39,173 nt of DNA from Flavobacteriaceae bacterium (GTDB lineage: Bacteria > Bacteroidota > Bacteroidia > Flavobacteriales > Flavobacteriaceae): assembly GCA_049666645.1 (NCBI GenBank), contig JBATHI010000028.1:1-39173 (forward strand), read 5' to 3'. Position 1 is the stretch's first letter; each line of letters begins with the position of its first letter. The position numbers and the translations under genes were made by a program. The notes under the pieces were generated by a model. It was given only the letters and a program-made list of their open reading frames with translations, had not been told where the DNA came from and did not search any database. Positions 8,849 to 16,198 of this stretch are shown here, piece after piece.

Positions 8849-9493
8849 TCAGTTGTACCCCTCGATACCTTCAAAATCCAAGGGGTCGAAATTCTTGAAA
8901 TCCCCATTTAGGGCGATGGTCTTTTTGGTCCGTTCCACTTCATTCAAAATGGCAATCGTGGTGTTCAAATGCCTTTTGATATAGTTCAATCGGTCGCGCT
9001 CGCCGGGAATGAGCAAAAGTTCATATTCCTGTTCCATGGACAAGCCCATTTTATGTGCCAGGACAAAGCTGTGGAACTTGTCGACGGATATAGGCGTAAA
9101 CGGCACATCCATTAAGGCATAGAGTTCCTGAATACCGCCCAGTACCTGCTGTCTCAAGTCAGGGTCGGCATCGTTGGTATTGTCCAAAAATGCAACTTCT
9201 CCGCCGGCATACAGCTTGCCCGGCAATTGGTTCTCAAAAGACAGTATTTTGAAGACCTGGCGTGCCACACAAGTCACGTCCATTTCCCCTCCGGCATAAG
9301 TATTGACCACCTCGACCAGCTGTACTTCCGTTCCGTAGGCAAGACCGTTATTGATAAAAACCGGAATCCCGAAGGTGATTGCCTCTGCCCTGCAATCGAG
9401 TATCAACTGCTTGTACCGTTCCTCAAAAATATGCAAGGGCACGGTCTCCCCGGGAAAGAATATCGAACGCAATGGAAAAAATGGAAGTTTCAT
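8849..9493 (-). CDS. Stand-alone LON peptidase substrate-binding domain protein
   Basis: LPFFPLRSIFFPGETVPLHIFEERYKQLI N-terminal signature; no AAA+ or protease domain. Confidence 0.88.
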   Translation of the reverse strand: MKLPFFPLRSIFFPGETVPLHIFEERYKQLILDCRAEAITFGIPVFINNGLAYGTEVQLVEVVNTYAGGEMDVTCVARQVFKILSFENQLPGKLYAGGEVAFLDNTNDADPDLRQQVLGGIQELYALMDVPFTPISVDKFHSFVLAHKMGLSMEQEYELLLIPGERDRLNYIKRHLNTTIAILNEVERTKKTIALNGDFKNFDPLDFEGIEGYN

Positions 9494-9673
9494 GAAATGG
9501 AATTAATTTAATAGCCATCAACGGCTTAAAGAAGAGCTGATCATTCGTAAAGCCATTGGTTTAAGGGAAGGTCAATACTTTTCAAAATTACAACAGTTGA
9601 TGCAGTCTGCAAAATGAATCTATTTGTTTCATATGTAACATATTGTTGTATTTATTAATAATCACCGGGATTT

Positions 9674-9705
9674 TTTGTACATCACGAACGATCAACTTAG
9701 ATTTG
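9674..9705 (+). promoter_or_regulatory. Bacteroidota -33/-7 promoter of lysA
   Basis: TTTG (9674-9677), 20-bp spacer, TAGATTTG (9698-9705), 19 bp before the ATG. Confidence 0.65.
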
Positions 9706-9724
9706 CCCAAAATTATGGTGCATT

Positions 9725-10966
9725 ATGACGCATGAAGACTTGCTTAAGATAGCAAAAACCTTTGGTGATCCGGTCTATGTTTATGATTCCGAGAAAATCA
9801 TCTCCCAATTCGATCGCCTGACCAAGGCTTTCAGCAGCGTAAAAAAACTAAGGCTCAACTACGCGGCAAAAGCGCTCTCGAATATCGGAATCTTAAAATT
9901 GATGAACAGTTTGGGCAGCGGTTTGGATACCGTTTCGATCCAAGAGGTAAAATTGGGTTTGATGGCCGGGTTCGATCCCGAAGCGATCATCTTTACGCCC
10001 AATGGCGTCTCCCTGGAGGAAATAGAGCAAGCGGCCGAACTGGGCGTCCGTATCAATATTGACAACCTGTCGATCTTGGAACAGTTCGGGGGTAAACACC
10101 CCAATACACCGGTATGCATCAGAATCAATCCTCATGTGATGGCAGGGGGCAATTCGAATATCTCCGTGGGCCATATCGACTCCAAGTTCGGTATCAGCAT
10201 TCACCAAATACCGCACCTGTTGCGTATCGTGAACCTGACCAAAATGAACATCAATGGCATACACATGCATACCGGCAGCGATATCTTGGACATCGATGTG
10301 TTTTTGTATGCCTCTGAAATTCTTTTCGAAACCGCCAAACATTTTAAAAACCTTGATTTTATTGATTTTGGAAGCGGTTTCAAGGTTCCTTACAAAGCAG
10401 GGGACATCGAGACCAATGTGGAGGAATTGGGTAAAAAACTGGGTTCGAGATTCAATGAATTTTGTGAAGAATATGGCAAGGATCTTACCCTTGCGTTTGA
10501 ACCGGGCAAATTTTTGGTGAGCGAGGCCGGTTATTTCCTCGCCAAGGTGAATGTGGTAAAGCAGACCACCTCTACGGTTTTTGCGAGTGTTGACAGCGGC
10601 TTCAACCACTTGATTCGTCCAATGCTCTATGGGGCATCGCACCAGATCATCAACATTTCCAATCCCGAGGGTAGGGAAAGATTTTATTCCGTGGTCGGTT
10701 ATATCTGTGAAACCGACACTTTTGCCAGCAACAGGCGCATCAACGAAATTTCGGAAGGCGATATTCTCTGTTTTAAAAATGCAGGGGCCTACTGTTTTAC
10801 CATGGCGAGCAATTACAACTCCAGATATCGACCGCCGGAAGTACTCTGGCACAAGGGCAAGGCCGTCCTGATTCGGGAAAGGGAGACCTTCGAAGATCTT
10901 ATCCAAAATCAAGTGGATGTGAAAGATCTGTTTTCTTCCAAAAAGGAGAAGATGGCCATAAAATAA
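9725..10966 (+). CDS. lysA: Diaminopimelate decarboxylase
   Basis: YAAKA PLP lysine, SKFGI, HMHTGS, EPGK, CETD, GAY..MASNYN. Confidence 0.95.
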   Translation: MTHEDLLKIAKTFGDPVYVYDSEKIISQFDRLTKAFSSVKKLRLNYAAKALSNIGILKLMNSLGSGLDTVSIQEVKLGLMAGFDPEAIIFTPNGVSLEEIEQAAELGVRINIDNLSILEQFGGKHPNTPVCIRINPHVMAGGNSNISVGHIDSKFGISIHQIPHLLRIVNLTKMNINGIHMHTGSDILDIDVFLYASEILFETAKHFKNLDFIDFGSGFKVPYKAGDIETNVEELGKKLGSRFNEFCEEYGKDLTLAFEPGKFLVSEAGYFLAKVNVVKQTTSTVFASVDSGFNHLIRPMLYGASHQIINISNPEGRERFYSVVGYICETDTFASNRRINEISEGDILCFKNAGAYCFTMASNYNSRYRPPEVLWHKGKAVLIRERETFEDLIQNQVDVKDLFSSKKEKMAIK

Positions 10967-11026
10967 TCTGGCCTTTTTTTCGTTAGCTTTGTAGTCATTT
11001 AGGGACCAATCCCTCAAATCCATGCG

Positions 11027-11560
11027 ATGAAAAAAGTTTTACGATCCTTATTTACAACCGGAATTTTACTGGGATTGTTATTGGTCGTAGCCGAAACCAA
11101 TGCCCAATCGGTAAATTGGTTGAGCTGGGATGAGGCGGCCAAACTGGTCGAGTCCGATGCAACCCCAAAAAAGATTTTCATCGATATCTATACCGATTGG
11201 TGCGGATGGTGTAAAAAAATGGATTCGGATACCTTCCAAAATCCTGAAGTTGCTGCCTATATGACCAAAAATTTCTATATGGTAAAACTGGATGGAGAAG
11301 GCAAGGAACCCATCGTATTCAAAGGCAAAACCTACAAATTTGTCCCTTCTGGAAGAAAAGGTTACCACGAATTCGCCGCTGCGTTGATGCAGGGCAGAAT
11401 GAGCTATCCGACCACCGTATTCCTTGATGAAAAATTGAACATGCTTTCCCCCGTTCCCGGTTACCAAAAACCGGAACCCTTTTTGAATATCGCCCGCTAT
11501 TTTGGGGATGACATCTATAAGGAAAAAGACTGGAAGGCCTATTCCAGTAACGGAAAATAA
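11027..11560 (+). CDS. Exported thioredoxin family protein (DUF255-like)
   Basis: Signal peptide, YTDWCGWCKKM CxxC, cis-Pro loop YPTTVFLD. Confidence 0.9.
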   Translation: MKKVLRSLFTTGILLGLLLVVAETNAQSVNWLSWDEAAKLVESDATPKKIFIDIYTDWCGWCKKMDSDTFQNPEVAAYMTKNFYMVKLDGEGKEPIVFKGKTYKFVPSGRKGYHEFAAALMQGRMSYPTTVFLDEKLNMLSPVPGYQKPEPFLNIARYFGDDIYKEKDWKAYSSNGK

Positions 11561-11572
11561 CAAGACGATCTT

Positions 11573-12217
11573 TTACGATTTCTGGGCCACCGTGGCAAAT
11601 TGTAGGTAAAACATATCCATCGCCGTGAAAAGGAAAGGAATGTTATATAGATAGGGTTTTAGTGATCTGGTCCGATTGATGCCCTCATGGCTCAGGACCT
11701 TATAACCCAAGGTGGCGTACATCCGAACGATGCTTTTTTTGGTAAAGAACCTTAAGTGGGTCTGGTCGAAAATACCGTGCGACTCGTAGGGCCAGTCTTT
11801 TTGAAGCATTATTTTTTTGAAGGCATCGTGATACCTGATGTTGGGAATCGAACTGATGACCACCCCCCTGCCCGTCAACTTGGTCTTAAACGCTTTCAGA
11901 ACGACGTAGGGATCTACCAAATGTTCCAAGACATCGTTGCAATAGATCACATCGAAATAATCATCGGGAAGTTCCTCCAAAAAATCCTCACAAGGGCCTA
12001 TAAATACCTTATCCAGTTTATTCATGGCCTCCTTGCCGGGCCCGGGCATCAGCTCGATGCCCCAAGCCTCCAAATCGTACTTTTTTTTGATTTGGGCCGC
12101 GAAACTGCCCCCGCCGCAACCGATATCCAATAATGTATTTGCCGTGTCGGGCATATAGGCCATCATCTCTGGGCGATCATGGCTAAAATAATCGTCGTCT
12201 TTGTTATCGTAATCCAT
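11573..12217 (-). CDS. Class I SAM-dependent methyltransferase
   Basis: Motif I LLDIGCGGG, DVLEHLVDP, HLRFFT. ATG 12217 chosen to avoid overlapping guaB. Confidence 0.88.
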   Translation of the reverse strand: MDYDNKDDDYFSHDRPEMMAYMPDTANTLLDIGCGGGSFAAQIKKKYDLEAWGIELMPGPGKEAMNKLDKVFIGPCEDFLEELPDDYFDVIYCNDVLEHLVDPYVVLKAFKTKLTGRGVVISSIPNIRYHDAFKKIMLQKDWPYESHGIFDQTHLRFFTKKSIVRMYATLGYKVLSHEGINRTRSLKPYLYNIPFLFTAMDMFYLQFATVAQKS

Positions 12218-12224
12218 AAGCTGG

Positions 12225-13697
12225 TTATCTGCTGTAGTTGGGCGATTCATTGGTAATGGTGACGTCATGGGGATGGCTTTCATTGATCCCGCTGGCCGTG
12301 ATCTTCACAAAACGCCCCGTTCGCTGTAAGGTGGCAATATCTTTGGCGCCACAATACCCCATACCGGCACGAAGCCCCCCCACGAATTGATGGATGCTCT
12401 CATACAAATCGCCTTTATAGGGCACGCGCCCTACGATACCTTCGGGCACCAATTTTTTGATATCGTCTTCCACATCCTGGAAGTAGCGGTCTTTACTGCC
12501 TTCCTTCATGGCCTCCACCGATCCCATTCCTCTATATGACTTGAATTTTCGACCCTCGTAGATGATCGTTTCCCCAGGGGATTCTTTGGTTCCGGCCAAC
12601 AGCGATCCAAGCATTACGGTATCGGCTCCCGCTGCAAGAGCTTTGGGGATGTCGCCGGTATAACGGATGCCCCCATCGGCGATGACGGGAACCCCGCTGC
12701 CCTGTATCGCGGCCGCCACCTCCAGCACCGCCGAGAATTGGGGAAAGCCCACCCCGGCAACCACGCGTGTGGTACAGATCGACCCCGGTCCGATGCCTAC
12801 TTTAACGGCATCGGCTCCGGCAGCGACCAAGTATTTGGCCGCCTCCCCTGTGGCAATGTTGCCCACAATGACCTCAAGGTCGGGAAATTTTCCCTTCACC
12901 TCCTTAAGGATGCCCACCACCCCTTTGGTATGGCCATGTGCCGTATCGATGACCACGGCATCCACGCCGGCGGCTACCAGGGCCTCTGCCCGTTCAAGGG
13001 CATCGGCGGTGACCCCGATGGCGGCAGCTACCCTTAACCGCCCGTATTGGTCTTTATTGGCGTAGGGCTTTTGGGTGAGTTTGGTAATATCGCGAAAGGT
13101 GATCAAGCCCACCAATTTGTAGTCTTTATCGACTACCGGCAATTTCTCGATCTTATTTTCCTGCAGGATGCCCTCTGCCTGCTCCAAAGAAGTGCCCTCG
13201 CTTACGGTGACCAAATTTTTACTGGTCATCACCTCGGCGATGGGGCGCTGGTTGTTTTTTTCAAATCGCAGGTCCCTATTGGTTACGATCCCGATCAATT
13301 TTCCACTATTATCGACTATCGGGATGCCACCGATACTGAATTCGGCCATATTGGCCTTGGCATCCTTCACCAAGGCTGTGGTGGGCAGTGTAACGGGATC
13401 GATGATCATACCGCTTTCCGCCCTTTTCACCTTGCGAACCTTCATGGCCTGATGTTCAATGGACATGTTCTTGTGCAATACCCCTATGCCGCCCTCTTGG
13501 GCCATTGCAATGGCCATACGCGATTCGGTCACCGTATCCATGGCCGCTGAAACGATGGGCACGTTGATGACAATGTTCCTTGTGAATTTGGATTGGATGT
13601 TGACCTCTCGGGGCAGTACCTCTGAAAAAGCGGGGACCAAGAGCACGTCGTCGTAGGTGAGACCTTCGCCGACAATTTTATTTAGGTGGGCTTGCAT
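12225..13697 (-). CDS. guaB: IMP dehydrogenase
   Basis: [10 protein letters not shown], tandem CBS domains, catalytic [22 protein letters not shown]. Confidence 0.98.
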   Translation of the reverse strand: MQAHLNKIVGEGLTYDDVLLVPAFSEVLPREVNIQSKFTRNIVINVPIVSAAMDTVTESRMAIAMAQEGGIGVLHKNMSIEHQAMKVRKVKRAESGMIIDPVTLPTTALVKDAKANMAEFSIGGIPIVDNSGKLIGIVTNRDLRFEKNNQRPIAEVMTSKNLVTVSEGTSLEQAEGILQENKIEKLPVVDKDYKLVGLITFRDITKLTQKPYANKDQYGRLRVAAAIGVTADALERAEALVAAGVDAVVIDTAHGHTKGVVGILKEVKGKFPDLEVIVGNIATGEAAKYLVAAGADAVKVGIGPGSICTTRVVAGVGFPQFSAVLEVAAAIQGSGVPVIADGGIRYTGDIPKALAAGADTVMLGSLLAGTKESPGETIIYEGRKFKSYRGMGSVEAMKEGSKDRYFQDVEDDIKKLVPEGIVGRVPYKGDLYESIHQFVGGLRAGMGYCGAKDIATLQRTGRFVKITASGINESHPHDVTITNESPNYSR

Positions 13698-13850
13698 GGC
13701 AATTATCGATTAATTGCGTGCAAATGTATGGATTTTAATCGGGATTCACCTTGGCTCCAACTTTAGAATATAGTCTATTTTATCTGTTGGCCGTAAATAC
13801 CCCTTGTTACAGCATTGGTTCTCTCTTCGAGAAGGATATCCTGTTGAATA

Positions 13851-13873
13851 TTATTTTTATTTATTCTAAATAA
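13851..13873. promoter_or_regulatory. Inverted-repeat operator box 1 (putative iron/metal-responsive)
   Basis: TTATTT-TTATTTATTCT-AAATAA, directly upstream of the -33 element. Confidence 0.55.
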
Positions 13874-13875
13874 GC

Positions 13876-13906
13876 TTTGCATATTTCGAAAAGCCGACTA
13901 TTTTTG
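13876..13906 (+). promoter_or_regulatory. Bacteroidota -33/-7 promoter of the TonB-dependent receptor
   Basis: TTTG (13876-13879), 19-bp spacer, TATTTTTG (13899-13906). Confidence 0.7.
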
Positions 13907-13916
13907 CGCCATCATG

Positions 13917-13939
13917 TTATTTTTAACCAGTCTAAATAA
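13917..13939. promoter_or_regulatory. Inverted-repeat operator box 2 (putative iron/metal-responsive)
   Basis: TTATTT-TTAACCAGTCT-AAATAA, between the -7 element and ATG 13941. Confidence 0.55.
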
Positions 13940-13940
13940 A

Positions 13941-16160
13941 ATGAAAAATCCCATTCTGTTTCTGGCCATTATCGCCCTCATCGATTTAAAAGCGCAGTCC
14001 TTTGCCCAACCTCAAGATTCAACCCTGATAGAATTAAATGAGGTGGTCATCTCGGCGAACACAATCTTAGGCAGTAAGTTTCAGGCCAAAAACCGAACGG
14101 GATCTGCCTATTACATTTCCCCTCAAGAATTGAAAAAATTCAACAGCACCGACATCAATCGGGTACTTAGAACCGTACCGGGCGTAAACATTTATGAAGA
14201 GGATGGCTTCGGCCTTCGCCCCAACATCAGTCTAAGGGGCACCTCGCCAGAACGCAGCTCAAAGATTACCCTCATGGAAGACGGTGTCCTGATCGCTCCC
14301 GCACCTTACAGTGCCCCGGCCGCCTATTATTTTCCATCGGTTGCCAGGATGGCCGCGGTGGAAATCCTGAAGGGGAGTAGCCAAATCCAATACGGTCCTT
14401 TTACCACGGGAGGTGCCATCAACATGCTCTCCACTCCCATTCCAGAGGCTTTAAAAGCCGAAGTCATCGCGGGCTATGGAAGTTTCAACAGCAGCCGGCT
14501 TCAAGCCATCATAGGCGACAGTCGTCAGTATTTTGGCTATTCGGTATCCTATCTCAACTTTGATTCTGATGGCTTTAAACAAATCGACCAAGAAAACAAT
14601 ACCGGATTTGATAAAAACGATCTGGTGGCCAAATTTCGCTTGAATACCGATGAAAATCAGCCGACCTTTCAGGCTTTCGAGGTCAAATTTCAATATGCCG
14701 ATGAAAAATCGAATGAAACCTATCTGGGACTCACTGCAACAGATTTTGAGCGGACCCCTTTCAGACGGTATGAAGCTTCACAAAAAGATCAAATGAAAAA
14801 CGACCACATCCAAGTCATGGCCACGCACTTCTTGAAACTCAATACTTCGTTTACGCTGACCACTTCCGGCTATTTTAACGGATTTAGCAGAAACTGGTAT
14901 AAATTGGATTATCTGATCCTAAACGACCAAAAACAGGGTATTGCCAATATTTTGAACGACCCGGTCGGCCTTGCCACTTTCTATGAAACCTTGAATGGCA
15001 CCGGCAACAGCCCAGATAATGCCCTGTTCGTCAAAGCCAACAACCGGGAATATGCCTCCAAAGGGCTTCAGACCAAAATTGATTACCGTTGGGGAGGCAA
15101 TAAAGCCCTGCATGAGATCGAAATTGGATTTAGATATCATTTGGATGAGGAAGATCGATTCCAATGGGTAGATGGGTATGGAATCGTTGATGGCACCATG
15201 AACCTGACCAATGCCGGGATACCTGGAACAGACGCCAATAGGATAAGCGATGCCAAGGCCTTGGCAACCTATGCCGCCTATAAACTGAAATATAACGAAC
15301 TGACCTTGACGCCAGGCCTGCGCTATGAGAACATTTTACTGGGCAGAAAGGACTATGGGATCAACGACGTGATTCGAAGCGGGCAGAACCTTGCGGTGCG
15401 GGAAAACAGGGTACGCGTTTTGATGCCTGGAATGGGTTTTAACTACAATTTCGACAAACTATCGCTTTTTGGTGGCCTGCACAAAGGATTCTCGCCCCCC
15501 TCGAACCAAGTGGGGCAAAAAGCGGAGCAAAGCGTGAACTATGAATTGGGTTCCCGATTTAACCGGGACGGATTTTCAGGCGAAATCGTTGCCTTTTACA
15601 ACGATTACAGCAACCTGTTGGGGAGCGATCTTGCCGCTACGGGCGGTACCGGAAGCCTTGAACAGTTCAACGCGGGGGAGGTAAATGTGAGCGGCATGGA
15701 AGTGCTTCTCAACTATGACTTCCTGAAACAGAATACGAAATTTTCCCTACCCCTTACGGTAGGCTATACTTTTACCGACACGGAGTTCCTGAACAGTTTC
15801 GGAAGTGAGGACGAGCTGTGGGGCACGGTTACCGTCGGTGACGAACTGCCCTACATCTCCAAACACCAATTCAATATCGCCTTAGCCCTGGAACATCAAA
15901 AATTTGAAATCAACCTGAACGGACGCTACAACGGGAAATTCCGGACCCAAGCGGGCTCGGGCCCAATCCCTCCCGAAGAATTGGTAGCTTCCAATTTTAT
16001 CATTGATTTTTCGGGAAAGTACCGTTTTAGCAATAACCTTAGTTTTACCGCGAATATCATCAATGTATTGGATGAGTCCTATGCGGTGGCAAGGGTACCT
16101 GCCGGACTTCGTCCCGGGCACCCTTTTGGGATTTATGCAGGAATTGCCCTGAATTACTGA
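13941..16160 (+). CDS. TonB-dependent receptor, FecA-like
   Basis: Signal peptide, TonB-box-like EVVISA, plug VPGV..EEDGFGLRPNISLRG...EILKG...YGPFTTGGAIN, terminal aromatic residue. ATG 13941 preferred over 13914. Confidence 0.92.
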   Translation: MKNPILFLAIIALIDLKAQSFAQPQDSTLIELNEVVISANTILGSKFQAKNRTGSAYYISPQELKKFNSTDINRVLRTVPGVNIYEEDGFGLRPNISLRGTSPERSSKITLMEDGVLIAPAPYSAPAAYYFPSVARMAAVEILKGSSQIQYGPFTTGGAINMLSTPIPEALKAEVIAGYGSFNSSRLQAIIGDSRQYFGYSVSYLNFDSDGFKQIDQENNTGFDKNDLVAKFRLNTDENQPTFQAFEVKFQYADEKSNETYLGLTATDFERTPFRRYEASQKDQMKNDHIQVMATHFLKLNTSFTLTTSGYFNGFSRNWYKLDYLILNDQKQGIANILNDPVGLATFYETLNGTGNSPDNALFVKANNREYASKGLQTKIDYRWGGNKALHEIEIGFRYHLDEEDRFQWVDGYGIVDGTMNLTNAGIPGTDANRISDAKALATYAAYKLKYNELTLTPGLRYENILLGRKDYGINDVIRSGQNLAVRENRVRVLMPGMGFNYNFDKLSLFGGLHKGFSPPSNQVGQKAEQSVNYELGSRFNRDGFSGEIVAFYNDYSNLLGSDLAATGGTGSLEQFNAGEVNVSGMEVLLNYDFLKQNTKFSLPLTVGYTFTDTEFLNSFGSEDELWGTVTVGDELPYISKHQFNIALALEHQKFEINLNGRYNGKFRTQAGSGPIPPEELVASNFIIDFSGKYRFSNNLSFTANIINVLDESYAVARVPAGLRPGHPFGIYAGIALNY

Positions 16161-16198
16161 AATCAAACCCCACCAAGTTGAAGGATAATTTCCGGATA

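Noticed and set aside
9494..9724. Possible lysine riboswitch upstream of lysA
   Set aside because: The predicted promoter is only about 20 bp from the ATG, leaving no room, and no L-box structure is seen.
9893..11023. 376-aa antisense ORF over lysA
   Set aside because: Shadow of a well-conserved gene; no recognisable motifs.
12218..12283. Apparent guaB/methyltransferase overlap in the ORF track
   Set aside because: A downstream ATG at 12217 removes it; similar over-extended starts were corrected for sucC, pepT, the symporter and others.
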